In this document: one piece after another, positions 44,431 through 57,137 of the stretch | Layout: each line of letters opens with the position of its first letter | Numbering within the stretch: the stretch's first letter is position 1 | Assembly (NCBI GenBank): GCA_964016885.1 | Contig: OZ024741.1 | Span: 234,608,001 to 234,672,000, forward strand | From: Eledone cirrhosa | Taxonomy: Eukaryota | Direction: 5' to 3' | Length of the DNA stretch: 64,000 bases | Translations under genes and position numbers: made by a program | Notes under the pieces: generated by a model | Told to the model about the DNA's origin: nothing | Seen by the model: only the letters and a program-made list of their open reading frames with translations | Databases searched by the model: none

Positions 44431-44921
44431 GGGAAGGATTGGTGGATATCTGAGACAGTAGAGTACTTGTATTTAATTTTGACTTCTGGTTCCAAGTTCA
44501 AATCCATACAGGAGTAACTTTACATCCCCTCTCCTGCAAAAAAGATTGATTAACCCCAGGTCAGCCCTGATCCAGCAACCCTTTCTTTCCTTTTCCTTTT
44601 TAAGGAGTGTTGGTTTGTGCATGTACCAGTAATATCTTATGGCTATTTCATTCAACCACAGCCTGTCTTTTGACCAATGTTTACAGCTCTTTTTGCTTCA
44701 TTCTTCAGTAGGTAAAGAGTTAGTTGGTGGTTAATGTATTGGACTCATGATCATTACAGTTCAATTCTTGGATCAGGCAGTTTGATGTGTCCTTGAGCAA
44801 GGCACTTCATCTCATGTTGCTCCAGTCTACTCAGCTGAAACAAATGAGTATCAGAAGCAGCCAGTAAAATCTGTCCAGCAATTCTTTCCTGAGACATTTT
44901 AACCACATACCATAGTATCAA

Positions 44922-45265
44922 CTGTGATCTCTCAATTCAGAGAAGTAGTGGTTTTACCTGGAGTGACTTTCTGACCTCCAAGCTACATACTCTATCGAGT
45001 ATCGTTACTCCAAAGACCCTTTGGAGGAACCCCATTTCGACCACTTGTATTCGTGATCATATTCTTATGGTCATTATCCAAAGTTCATGACCATAGGTAA
45101 GGGTTGGCACTAATACCGAATTGAAGATAGTGAGTTTGGCTTTTACACCTACCTCCTTTCTTCTGATTACCAAATGCTGAAGCTGGTGCATTACTGCACC
45201 AGCTCCTGCAATTCTTGCACTTAATTCAGCCTCTTGCCTTTTATCACTCATGAATACGGCCCCAA
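44922..45265 (-). mobile_element. RTE-group LINE fragment
   Basis: The ORF at 45057-45251 (ARIAGAGAVMHQL...KAKLTIFNSVLVPTLTYGHELWIMT) is a typical RTE-group post-RT domain. Homologous to 6260-6570. Confidence 0.82.
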
Positions 45266-45371
45266 GAAATACTGATTAATTGGCAAAAAAAAAATGCAGA
45301 TGCAGATTAATCATCAAAATATCCAGTATGATCAATACTGATTATCTTCTGATTATTCAGCGGAACTCTAA

Positions 45372-45668
45372 TCTAAACATATAAAAGAGAGATGTTTGTT
45401 GGTTGGTTTCTTCACGCATCTCAGAAAAACGAAAACTGTCAATCAAAAAGTAAGTACAGCAATGGAATGAGGGTACACCTAGGAAGGTTTATTGATACTA
45501 ATTTTATAAAATCAAAGAAGAAAAACATCCCAGGTGTGCATATCAACTTGACTGCTATTTCTATCAAGTTGGGAATCAATCATAAAGGATTTTCTCTGCG
45601 TGTTCATTGTCAGTGACAATCATGTTTCACGGCCAGCATCTCCATCAATTTGAACGCTGATTTACACA
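45372..45668 (+). mobile_element. Possible Helitron 5' segment
   Basis: A|TCTAAACATATAAAAGAGAGATGTTTGTTGGTTGGTTT resembles non-autonomous Helitron 5' ends. No 3' end was found. Confidence 0.4.
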
Positions 45669-45670
45669 TA

Positions 45671-46678
45671 CGAGGTGGGTCAGAAAAGTTCCAAGAGACT
45701 GATGTCACAAAAGATTTATTTCAAACCTAAACTTCACACTGAGTTTATCTCCTTCAAAGTAATCCACCTGGAGTCTAATGCACTTTTCCATCTTTTTCTG
45801 CCATGCTTGCATGCACTCCTGGAAGGATCCTTCCGGAATCCTCCGCAGTTCCGTTGTCACGGCCTTTTTGATGTCATCCACGTCTTCAAAACGGGTCACC
45901 TCCGGGTCATACTCGAAGATCCATGACTCATCACCGGTGATGACTGTCCCTATCAAGTCTGGTTCGGTTTCAAGACGCTCGAGGATGTCCTGGCACATTT
46001 GCATGCATCGACCCTTCTGGTCATCGTTCAGCAGTTTTGGCACCATCTTCGCGCAGACTTTCCGCATGTCCAAATCTTCAGTGAGAATCTTCCAGACGCT
46101 GTCCCGATTCATGCCCAGCTCATTTGCCATCATTCGAACAGTCAGCCGATGATCGCTACGCACCATCTGCCTGACGCACTCAACGTCGACCTCAGTTCTG
46201 GTTGTTGAGGGCCTTCTGCTCCTGGGGTCATCTTCCACGTCCTCACGTCCTTCTTTAAACCTCTTGCACCACTCAAAAACACGTGAGCGTGACATCGTCT
46301 CATCTCCATACACTTGCTGCAGCAATCCCAGTGCTTCTGACGGAGTTTTCAAGTTTGTTCATTGCTCTGTGCTCATTGCTTGACGACCTGAAGCAGAGGA
46401 CATCATCATCATCATCATTTAACGTCTATTTTCCACGCTAGCATGGGTTAGATGGGAGTTGTCCCACTTGAGGCAAGGTTGGTCGGGTGACCGTGTCTCG
46501 CTCATATAGGACATGTATATAAAATTATGAAGAAAAAAGTTTGATCGCTGCAGAAAGCTGAGATTACAGTTACATACTCCAGGGGGATTACTTTGAAGGA
46601 GAAAACTCTTAGTGTGAAGTTTGGGTTTGAAATAAATCGTTTGTGACATCAGTTCTGGAACTTTTCTGACACACCTCG
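45671..46678 (-). mobile_element. Tc1/mariner DNA transposon, internally deleted, with ~105-bp TIRs and TA target duplication
   Basis: TA|cgaggtgggtcagaaaagttcc... and ...ggaacttttctgacacacctcg|TA. The inverted match extends to ccttcaaagtaatcc.cctggag. An RTE-tail SINE remnant is nested at ~46400-46515. Confidence 0.92.
45705..46352 (-). pseudogene. Mariner transposase with in-frame deletion of most of the DD34D catalytic domain
   Basis: HTH region (VFEWCKRFKEGREDVEDDPRSRRP), MVPKLL (WVPHEL-like) and the first Asp in ITGDESW. It then jumps directly to the C-terminal RFEDVDDIK...YFEG. Confidence 0.9.
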
Positions 46679-46684
46679 TAATTA

Positions 46685-47100
46685 TCTATATCTACATATA
46701 ATATAAAAGATTAGAACACCCATCATCCTTTTGAGAAACCTGGACCAACCACGGCACTCACTTTATATTCAGGTGGAAAATGAACCATCTCCTTGAGGCC
46801 TCTATTCTTTCAGGCAATCATCAAAGAGAAAATGCATTTATTCCCAAGATTCCCCTTATCCCTTCTTCTATCTTGCTCCCATTCAAATTCTCAAGACTTC
46901 AGTTCCCTGTTAGAGCCAGTTTTGCTATGACCATACATAAAGGTCAGGCTCAGAGTTTCAAAGTTGTAGGATTGAATACAAGAGAATCACTTTTTACCCA
47001 TGGACAGTTATATGTAGATTGTTCACGAATGGGAACACCTAGAAATCTTCATATACTATGCACGAATGGTAAAACGAAGAATCTGGTGTATCTGGAAGAT
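46685..47100 (+). mobile_element. Helitron fragment: TC-start 5' end fused to the PIF1-like helicase C-terminus of Rep-Hel
   Basis: PIILLRNLDQP, then FIPKIPLIPS...FKFSRLQFPVRASFAMTIHKGQAQS...LFTHGQLYVDCSR...KTKNLVY. These are the characteristic Helitron helicase C-terminal motifs. Confidence 0.88.
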
Positions 47101-47659
47101 TTTTCCACTGTTTATTTTTGTTGTTGTTTTTTGTCACACATACACGATGGTCTCACCTCATACTGTAAACCAGACAACACATCTAATACAGTCATTTTCT
47201 TTTTTACCTGTCTTCTTTAAGTATCTGTTTAAAATTTGAAAATGAGGTTGGCTTTAAGAAGGGCATCCAGCTGTAGAAACCAAGCGAAAATCAGTTCTGT
47301 ATAAGCAAAGCATGGTCACCTGATCTAACATTGCTCATAACAGGACAACTCGTCCAACCCATGTTAGCATGGAAGAATGGACGTAAAACAGTGGTGATGA
47401 TGATGAATTAGAGCTTTCAATGTATTTTGACTACAGAAAATAGTCTAATAATATAACCCTCCATAACAGAATGAAATGGACATCAGCATGCATGGGAATC
47501 AAACCTACACCTCTTATTGTCTGGATAAGTGTGCTGGACTGATTACACCAACCTGCTCATATAATGTGTTCATGGTTCACTGTCAGAGCAGACCACAAAT
47601 CAGGGTAGGATTGATGCATGATATATATTTATATAAACAATATTATTCTATTTATAATT

Positions 47660-47845
47660 AATTGTTTCTACTTTTGGCACAAGGCCAGCAATTATCCGAG
47701 TGCATTACTGGTACTCTATTCTATCGACCCCGTAAGGATGAAAGGCAAAGTTAACCTTGGCAGGATTCGAACTCAGACCACAAAGGGGCGTAACTCTATG
47801 CTGCAAAGCATGGCGTCCGACACTCTACCGACACTGCCAATCCAT
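47660..47845 (-). mobile_element. Meta-type SINE
   Basis: Reverse complement of the consensus, with B box gagttcgaatcc. Confidence 0.88.
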
Positions 47846-47872
47846 ATTTATAATTAATATACATTAATTAAC

Positions 47873-48011
47873 CTAAGGGCAGCAGCAACAAACTCCCTCC
47901 TACACCAGTGGCCAACCTATACAGGCTGGAGATAAAATGTGTAGCAACAAGGGCGGTGCCCCAGCATGGCCTCAGCCGGATGGCTGAAACAGGTAAAAGA
48001 GTAAAAGAGTA
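47873..48011 (+). mobile_element. 3' end of an unidentified retroposon with a (GTAAAAGA)-type tail
   Basis: gccccagcatggcctcagccggatggctgaaacaggtaaaagagtaaaagagt. Shorter 3'-anchored copies lie at 7580-7620, 10088-10128 and 38987-39040. Confidence 0.6.
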
Positions 48012-50171
48012 ATTAATACACACAGTCTTAGATATACAAGCACATCTTCAGTGCTCTACACTAAAACTTCCTCCTCTCTCCCTCATATATATTGCTACCA
48101 TCTCAGCTTGTTCACTCTTACCTTACACATTCATTCCCTCCCCCTTCTCTTTCTCCATGTGTATGTGCATGAAAGAGTGGGTGTTGTCTGCAGATCCCTT
48201 CTTTCTCCCTTTTCTCTCTCCCACCACCCTTATGTGAGTGTGTCCATTGTTCAGAATATTGCCACTCTTGATCAGTATCTGATTCCCTTTATTGTAGACA
48301 GGAAGAGTTCCGGAGAGGAAGAAAGGAAAAAGAAAGAAAGATTAGCTAGTGAGAGGCTTGATGAATCCCTAACTTACATGTGGGTGGCAGGAGGAGTAGA
48401 CAGAATTAAGAATTAAAAAATAATAATACTTGTGATTCATTTGTCAGTTCTGTCTGCTTATGTGAGTGTGATAGATAATTTGTATGTATGTCTCTCTGAA
48501 TGTACGTAGTTATGTATGTATCTGTATGTGTGTGTACATGTAGGTTGTTATCTGTGTGTTTACCACCCACTTATTGTTTCAATCTACATTCCACCACCAC
48601 TTCTATCATATCTTGGCCTATTCCTGACTACAGTACAATTTGCTTGTTTAGTAGATAGACGGAGAGAGAGCAGGATATATAACTTGTAAGAAATATGTAC
48701 CCATCTCCTTTTTTACCCCCAAACAATATGGTAGAGTTGAGGCTATAAGGTATTATTGATGTAATCAGTCTTCACCCCTTTCTCCTTCCCACCTCTCATT
48801 TTTGTTGCTTTGTCATCCCACCCCACCTTCCTTTGCCTCTCTTCCTCTCTACCAACTTCAGATTATCCCCCTCTCTCTATATATATTTATTAGCAGTAGC
48901 AATCTGTAAAATGGTTGGTGTTAGGAAGGGCATCTAGCCATAGAAACAATGCAAAAATGGACCATATGAACATGACTTTGTCATGTGGCTTGTCTAATGT
49001 CAGAGCATGACAACTGAGCTAACTCATGTCAGCTTGAGAAATAAACATAAAACTGGGATGATGATGATATATATATATGCACATAAGTACACACACACAC
49101 ACACAGACACATTAGCTATAGTTTCTTAACTGTTTATCCATGTTAATCTCTGTCTATCTAACCCTCTTCCTGACTAGCTGTCTGGCTAATCTCTCTCTTT
49201 CTCCCTGTTAATCCATCTATCCATTTATTCACTCTCACATACACACACGTGTCTGTATGCATATATGTATTTATTTAACTATTCATAATGTTTATCTAAT
49301 TGTATATATCTTTGTTAACCTCTCTCTCTTTCAGTCATTGTTCACACACATATGCATTTCTTTGTTTATTCTTTCTGGTCATCTGTACTGATCATTTTGA
49401 CTCACTGGTCACCATGTATTTACTTATCATTGAATACTGAACTAACCATCCCTCTCATGATATATTTGTACACCACCCACCTTATCTCTCATCGTCCATG
49501 TCTGCATATGGACCGTTTATTTATGATATCTCTGTGATCAACAACCCTTATGTTCATACACCTTCTGTGTTCACCTATTCCTATGTTCATCCACCCCCTG
49601 TATTTGCTTATCTACTCATCCCCATGTCTCCCCGCTCTCTCTGCCTATATATATATATATGCCTACTCTAAAACCTACTATACATTGAGTACTAGTCTGA
49701 TTTAGAGTCTTCCCACTCTAACTATGATATGTGTGTGTGGGGTTCTGATACATTGTAGGTGCAATACATATCTTGCAAAAAGTCATGGTTACTAAGGTAT
49801 ATAGAACCCACATAATACAATAGCTGCAAAATAAAACATTGACTGGAGGTGCTCATGTGAATACAGTGCGAACTTGACTGGCTTGGATTAATTAGCAGTA
49901 GCACTAACATATTGCGTGATGTGCAAATGAGCAGCTCCAGCCAATGTTTCATATGCAAAAAAGTACATAAGCTTTAGCTTATTCTTATCTCAGTACCAAG
50001 TTAGTAAATGTCACCAATGACATAAATATCCAGAAATGCACATGTGATATTCTCACCAGCTACTGGGATAGCTGTAACATGATTGCAGCTTAACATATTC
50101 ATAGTGAGACTCTTGAGTCTTTATGATATAGAAATATATTGTATATGCTTTCATACACATCTTTTTTTGTG

Positions 50172-50252
<81 letters not shown>

Positions 50253-50479
50253 TGTTACTGTTTAAGACCAGTAAGACAATTATTCAACTTAGTATTCTAT
50301 ACTTACAAAAAGTAGTGCAGATATTATAAGAAATTTCTGACCTACGGTTAAGCTTTTACCATTTCAATACCATTTCAATAACAAATAAGATAATCATGAT
50401 TTTCTCATTTGTTATCAAAATGGTAAAAATTTAACTATGTCAGAAAATACTTATAATATTTGTAATATATATATACATA

Positions 50480-50690
50480 GTTTTTTTCCCCCTTTTCATT
50501 TTCGGGGTTATTTTGTGTGTGTGTCTTTACTGGCCATTCTTTCTGTTTTTACATTGTGATCTTGTCTCTATTTGTACTCCTGAAGAAGGGCTTAAGCCCA
50601 ACACATTGAACTTTCTTTCTTTTTTTCAATATAAAGCGTGAAACTAAATACACTTTTTGTGCGTCTGTTTGTTGTCTCCTTAACTATATA
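50480..50690 (+). mobile_element. Decayed solo Penelope-like pLTR with a degenerate minimal hammerhead
   Basis: CTGAAGA-a-GGGC-ttaa-GCCC-aaca at 50580-50603, followed by gaaactaaatacactttttgtgcgtctg. This resembles the pLTR end at 13446-13560 and ends in (TA)n. Confidence 0.6.
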
Positions 50691-51279
50691 TATATATATG
50701 TGTGTGTATGTATATATTTTTTTGCAAGAATAAATAAAATAAAAAAGTCTGCTCAAAATCTATTAAAATTATATATATTATATGCTATAATCTGGTCTTT
50801 AGCTAAAGTATTTAAAGATTATTTTTGTTTAATTTTTTGTCATCAGAGAAAACTAAAAATGATCCTTGTTACATTCACATAATTCGTGATAAACAATGCT
50901 CCACTAATAGAGATGTTGAATTTTAAATGACTATAGTGTTTAATATGAACATAAGAGAAAGTGAAAAAGAAAGATGCAAAAGAAAAACTCTGAAGTTAAT
51001 ACCAAATCTTTTTTTCATACACAATTTTCAAAATAAAATTTATATATATTAGAAATTATATTAAAGACTACAATACTAACTTAGGAATATATTTAGTCAA
51101 ACAGCTATTAATCATAGCTTGTTTCTTAGATAGTGTAACTATAACCAATTTTATGGATTATACCACTGATAAGAAGATTCAGCTTATTTTGCTGATTGCT
51201 GATTTACAATGGGCTCAAAATATTATCAGCATATCACTTTTTCTTTACCTTGAGTATTTACTTTCATTATATAAATCTC

Positions 51280-51458
51280 TGGTAGTATCGGTAGAGGGTT
51301 GGACACCATGCTTTGATGCATAGAGTTATGACCCTTGCCATTCTGAGTTCAAATCCCGCCGAGGTTAACTTTGCTTTCATCCTTACGAGGTCGATAAAAT
51401 AAAGTACCAGTAATGTACTGGTTAATTGCTGGCCTTGTGCCTAAAATAGAAACAATTA
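51280..51458 (+). mobile_element. Meta-type SINE
   Basis: A and B boxes plus the Meta-like core. Confidence 0.88.
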
Positions 51459-51462
51459 TATA

Positions 51463-51501
<39 letters not shown>

Positions 51502-51540
51502 TTTCATTCTACTATTTGGATTTTTTCCACAAATATATTA

Positions 51541-51562
51541 TTGTTTTTTTTTCTCTTTGCAG
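51541..51562 (+). promoter_or_regulatory. Likely 3' splice acceptor for the zinc-finger exon
   Basis: ttgtttttttttctctttgcAG is a polypyrimidine tract plus CAG at the boundary between repeat-rich and unique sequence, 377 bp upstream of the ATG. Confidence 0.6.
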
Positions 51563-51939
51563 ATGCCACTTTCGGCGCTACTCCTCTGCTGACACATTAG
51601 GGTCCAATGTAATTTGAAATTAAAAAAACTCCTGGAGCTCAGAAATACATCTTATCTTTTCCCATCATCCTCTATATTCAATCACCGTTTGTGAGTATGT
51701 GGGCACGTTGAATACATTTTGATTTTAAGGCTGGTCTTCTGTTCATGGGTTACTGAGAAGATTGCTAGTTTTGTGGCAGTGTATGTAAAACTTCACTGGC
51801 TCCAGATAAAGGACAGGAAAAACAGCAACATCAATAACTTTAACAGCGACAACTCTCAATGTTCTCATTTCCACATTTGATTGATTTCTAGCCTTGGATA
51901 AATTGATTAGTAATAGCAGAAGCGCAAAACATTGCCAAC

Positions 51940-54357
51940 ATGTATCCTTTTCAACCAATGTTTCCAATGAGCAACCAACCACCGTTGTATAGCGGACAAC
52001 CAGTTTATCCAAGTAGTTATCCAAAATGTCCTGAGAAGACATTACCAATTGCTGAAAAGAATTACAGTTCAGGTGAGATGGGCAGGAAAGATGTTCCTAC
52101 TACTTTGGGATCACCATCAGCAATGGATGAAGCTGGCAGAGAGTCACTTCCACCACATCACTCCCCTTCTCACATGTATGATAGCAAGCAACCACAACAC
52201 CAGCCATTGGAAAAAGATTTCCAGTGCAGTTTTTGTAAAAAAGGATTCTCAAACCAGTTTTTTCTAAAGAACCATGAACTCACCCATACAGGACTGAAAC
52301 CTTTTGAGTGCAGTTACTGTGGAAAAGCCTTCACACAGAAAATCAACCTTAAAAATCATCTGAGAACTCACACTGGAGAGAAACCATTCCAGTGTACAGT
52401 TTGTAATAAATCTTTTAGTCAGCGTGGTAATTTGAAGCTTCACCTTAGGACACACACTGGGGAAAAACCATTTGCCTGTGATGTCTGTGGGAAAGCCTTT
52501 TCCCAGAAGATTAATTTAAATGACCATAAAAGACTTCACACAGGAGAGCTCTACTATTGTCAGTTCTGTAAAAAGCCATTTTGTAACCAGTTCTTTTTAA
52601 AAATACATGAACGTACACACACAGGGGAGCTGTATAAATGTACATTCTGTACAAAATCTTTTACTTTACAGATAAATCTGAAAAATCATTTAAGAACACA
52701 TACAGGAGAAAAACCATTCCAATGTAATGTTTGTAACAAAGCATTTAGTCAGAGAGGTAACTTAAAACTTCATTTGAGAACCCACACAGGAGAGAAGCCA
52801 TTTGCATGTGATATATGTGGGAAGGCGTTTTCTCAAAAGATCAACTTGAATGATCATAACCGTATTCACACTGGAGAGTTATTTTATTGTAGCTACTGCA
52901 AAAAGTCATTTTGTAATCAGTTTTTTTTGAAGATCCATGAACGTACACACACTGGTGAGGTGTTTAAATGTGAATATTGTAGCAAAACATTTTCGCAGAA
53001 AATCAATCTCAAAAATCATGAAAGAACACACACTGGCGACCGGCCATTTCAGTGCCATGTTTGTTCAAAAGCTTTCAGCCAAAGAGGTAACTTAAAACTC
53101 CATCTCAGAACTCACACGGGTGAGAAACCATTTGCCTGTGATGTCTGTGGGAAAGCCTTTTCCCAGAAGATTAATTTAAATGACCATAAAAGACTTCACA
53201 CAGGAGAGCTCTACTATTGTCAGTTCTGCAAAAAGCCATTTTGTAACCAATTTTTTTTAAAAATACACGAACGTATACACACCGGGGAGCTGTATAAATG
53301 TGATTTTTGTCCCAAAGAATTTACTCTCCAAATAAATTTGAAAAATCACATGAGAACACACACGGGAGAAAAACCATTTAAATGTAACCTGTGTGACAAA
53401 GCTTTTAGCCAGAGAGGTAATTTGAAGCTTCACCTTCGCACCCATGCTGGAGAGAAACCATATTGTTGTGACCTTTGTCCTAAGGTATTCTCGCAGGCTG
53501 GTAACTTGAAAACTCATCTTCGCACTCACACTGGAGAGAAGCCATTTAAGTGTGAAAGTTGTGGGAAATCTTTCTCACAAAAAGCAAACTTAAACAATCA
53601 TAGGCGCACACGTACGGGTTGTGAACTCTTCACAAAGAATCCACAACCACCGGCATCCCAAATGCATTCGCTGTCATCTCCAAACTCTTCATCATCTTTG
53701 TTGAACAGTGGAAGCCGAATGAGTCATCAGTCGTCAAACCACACCCATGAAAAGCCTCCGTCTGCATTCAGCACATGTGAGAGTGAATCTCATATTGCAA
53801 CTCACAAACGGCCTCGACCCGGCTGTGAACCTCCCCTCCCTCAACCACCCCCTTCGATGTTGAGTGGGAACAGCACCCCTACTCACTCCACACACCCACA
53901 GAGTAAAAGCTCTTCCCCGTTTAATGCATACAGCCCTGAAACACATAGCAATAAGCATCACCAGCACATGCCAAATTCCTCATCACCACCAATATCATCA
54001 TCGTCGCATAAAAACAGCATGAAAGTCAATCAGAGCAGTTCACCCCATAGTGGACCCATGTCATTGGCACACCATCGAGATCCTCATGTGCAATCCACTC
54101 AGTTACAGGCCCCTTCGATTCCAGTTTCTCATACATCCACCCCAGCATATCTGCACGAAATGCCACAAAGTTGGGAAAGCAACTATTTGTGGTCTAGAGG
54201 GTACCCTATGCCTCCTTTGCTTGGTTCTAGCTGGCCTAGCGTTCCTTCAAGCTATTCTTGTGGGGTCAAGCAAGGTAAACAAACTCCCTGGAATAATATC
54301 CAAGGCATTCATGCACCCTCTAAGAATAACTCCGACCACTATAGCAATGAAAAATAA
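51940..54357 (+). CDS. Multi-C2H2 (Kruppel-type) zinc-finger protein, 805 aa, 16 complete + 1 degenerate finger, S/P/H-rich C-terminal tail
   Basis: Uninterrupted 2.4-kb ORF with tandem CxxC-x12-HxxxH fingers and TGEKP/TGEL linkers. Repeats diverge at synonymous sites while keeping the protein sequence. The start context aacATG has A at -3. Confidence 0.95.
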   Translation: MYPFQPMFPMSNQPPLYSGQPVYPSSYPKCPEKTLPIAEKNYSSGEMGRKDVPTTLGSPSAMDEAGRESLPPHHSPSHMYDSKQPQHQPLEKDFQCSFCKKGFSNQFFLKNHELTHTGLKPFECSYCGKAFTQKINLKNHLRTHTGEKPFQCTVCNKSFSQRGNLKLHLRTHTGEKPFACDVCGKAFSQKINLNDHKRLHTGELYYCQFCKKPFCNQFFLKIHERTHTGELYKCTFCTKSFTLQINLKNHLRTHTGEKPFQCNVCNKAFSQRGNLKLHLRTHTGEKPFACDICGKAFSQKINLNDHNRIHTGELFYCSYCKKSFCNQFFLKIHERTHTGEVFKCEYCSKTFSQKINLKNHERTHTGDRPFQCHVCSKAFSQRGNLKLHLRTHTGEKPFACDVCGKAFSQKINLNDHKRLHTGELYYCQFCKKPFCNQFFLKIHERIHTGELYKCDFCPKEFTLQINLKNHMRTHTGEKPFKCNLCDKAFSQRGNLKLHLRTHAGEKPYCCDLCPKVFSQAGNLKTHLRTHTGEKPFKCESCGKSFSQKANLNNHRRTRTGCELFTKNPQPPASQMHSLSSPNSSSSLLNSGSRMSHQSSNHTHEKPPSAFSTCESESHIATHKRPRPGCEPPLPQPPPSMLSGNSTPTHSTHPQSKSSSPFNAYSPETHSNKHHQHMPNSSSPPISSSSHKNSMKVNQSSSPHSGPMSLAHHRDPHVQSTQLQAPSIPVSHTSTPAYLHEMPQSWESNYLWSRGYPMPPLLGSSWPSVPSSYSCGVKQGKQTPWNNIQGIHAPSKNNSDHYSNEK

Positions 54358-55309
54358 AAATAAAATCCAACAAACCAACCAGCCAATAACAATTGGAACA
54401 TTTATAAATATAACAACATCAACAGCAGCAACACCAACAAAAAAATTAGTAGTTATAATGATAGTAATAATAATATTCATAATAATAATGAACAACACTT
54501 TGAACTTTTCTTTTCCCTTTCAATTATGTCTCTTCAAATTTGATTTTGCAACCCAACCAAACATCTGTTTCAAAATTCTGTTTGTCAATGGTATTAAAAC
54601 ATTTCTTTATCTGAATCTATGGAAAAAATGTCAAAGCAGCCTGTCAGCAAAGTGAGACATTTCTCCTTCCAATAGCACAGTTTGTGCAGCTCAGTTCTAA
54701 TATCAGAAACTCACTTAAAGGCTTATGACAGCTGGTATGTCTTCTCCAGATTTTATGGAGAAAAGCTGCTGTGTTGTAAAAAAAACCCATTGTATTGATT
54801 TAGCTCAATGTTCTGTATATCACACATTGTACCTGCAGTATATAGATGTGAGACAGGACTTGTCAATATCTCAGGCATTGTACCTGCAGTATATAGATGT
54901 GTGACAGGACTTGTTATATATTAAGAACTTTTATGCAAACTTCATGGATTCCTCTTTTCAGCTTGAACTGTCTTCAGAAAGATACAACATTTGTATTTGT
55001 GTTGTGCCTGTATGTATGTCTTATACACACACACACATATATATATATATTTATATATGCATGTGTGTGTATATATATATGTGTGTATATATATATATAT
55101 ATATGATGACTAAAGGTTGAGATGGCTAAACGTATGCAAATAATTGACACAAATAATTTCTCATACACACTGGCATATGTATATGTGTGTGGGCATGTAA
55201 GTGTGTTTACATTTGGAAATATGACTATGTCCAGTTGACTAGTTTGTTGTTGAATTATTTCCATTGTATTTCTAATTCTGTAACCCTGCATGCATCAAAT
55301 AAACTTTGC

Positions 55310-55399
<90 letters not shown>

Positions 55400-56619
55400 T
55401 ACCAATTGTTTCAACATGCCTTAATTAGCTCCAGGTTGACAATGTTTGAAATTGTTTGTTAATTAGCATCCACAGATCAAATCTCGAGTATGCACATCAT
55501 GAGACTGCTACCATCCATCTTATATATTTAATGAGTGTTTATTCAGACATAGAGAAAGATTGGGAGTGCTATGTAATCAGGGAATGAAGGATTGTGCCTC
55601 ATGTGATTGGTGGAAAGGAGGAAGGTACCCTTAAACTGGAGACCCAGTAAACTCTGCTAAAGATACTCAAGGGCCCATTAGTAGTATTAAACTTTGTGAT
55701 GGTTTAAGTTCACCATCCAAATAGACTATATTGGGATTTTAACTTAGAATGCAAAGAACTGGTCTGATTGGGCTGTAATTACTCCAAAAGAGCTAATTCT
55801 TGCTCTACATTGATGCAACCGTAATTAGACAATTGCACACATACATACTTATGTCCAGGACACAAAAGAATTAGCAGATAATGTAGTATACCACTTTATG
55901 CTTCACATCATATACATTTGTTCTTCTATAATCTTAGTTCAAATCTCACTGGATACAGCTTTCTATTGTCTTTTGAAGATCTATAGGTTAAGTACCAGTA
56001 ATGTAATGGGATGATTCGATTGGCTATATATATATATATATATCTCATCTTGTAAAGAGGTAATGGCTATTTAAAAGAGCAAGTACAATGTTGATGCATG
56101 TAGACCATTGGTGGTCCAAACCAAAGTATTGAAAAGTAAATTTAAATTTGGGGGTCTGTGAAGTTTTGGCCTCCATCTGAAAAAGGTTGTTTGTTACTGA
56201 TTTAAAGCACCTTATTACTAAAAAACAGAAAAAGTCCTAAACAGAAAAAGTCCTAAACTTGAAAGTTCATTGGAGATTTAGCAGACATTTTCATTTTTTT
56301 TTGTATGGTGATGCTTGTAGTATATATTTCATGTCTCCCTCCTACATAAGATACAACTGCACCAATCATTGGCATCGCATCATATTTAAACAGACGTGAT
56401 AGCAAAAATTCCTTATTATGGCAAGAAATATTTTGATTTCCTCTCCTCTCGTAACCTAGCCCACTTCATCCATTCATAAGCCACATTGATCCCTTATCAT
56501 TTAAAGTCTTCCCCTCTTTAGCCTCACACAACCAACTCCATTAATCACCATTTGTTAACAAATTAATTATAATACATCATAAATATTATTTTTACCATTA
56601 TCATTACCATTGTCAGATT

Positions 56620-56980
56620 GTGGCAGAGTTATTAGAGTGTCAGGCAAAATGCTTTGCAGTATTTAGTTACAATCCTTTATGTTTGAGTTAAAATCCCACT
56701 GCTGTCAACTTTGCTTTTCATATTTCTGGGGTCAATAAAATAAAGTAACAGTTATGTACTGAGGTAGATATAACCCATTTTTGTCTTGCTCCCCAAATTT
56801 CTGGTCTTGTGCCTATATAAGAAATCAAAATTATCATTATTATTATTGATTTCTTACACAGGTAGAAGGTCACAAGGACGAGAATAATTGATTATATCAA
56901 CCCCGAAAGGTTGAAAAGAAAGTTGACCTTGGTGGGATTTGAACTCAGAATGTAAAAAGCCAGAGTAAATGCTGCATTAA
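56620..56980. mobile_element. Two decayed Meta-type SINEs in opposite orientation
   Basis: Plus copy at ~56620-56830 and minus copy at ~56850-56980. Confidence 0.65.
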
Positions 56981-57099
56981 TTTGCTTGTGCATTTTAGCT
57001 AAAAAATATGGTGTTATCAAAATACAATGGTCCATTCATACATACATATTTCCCTCTTCCCATCTCTCTCTCTCTCTTACTCTCTCTCTCTCTCTCTTA

Positions 57100-57137
<38 letters not shown>

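Noticed and set aside
46780-47220. Host PIF1 helicase gene
   Set aside because: Only a C-terminal fragment with degenerate motifs, fused to a Helitron-like 5' end among other transposons.
54050-54655. 201-aa ORF overlapping the zinc-finger gene end, and antisense ORFs within the gene
   Set aside because: Alternative-frame shadows extending into low-complexity 3' UTR, with no recognisable domain.
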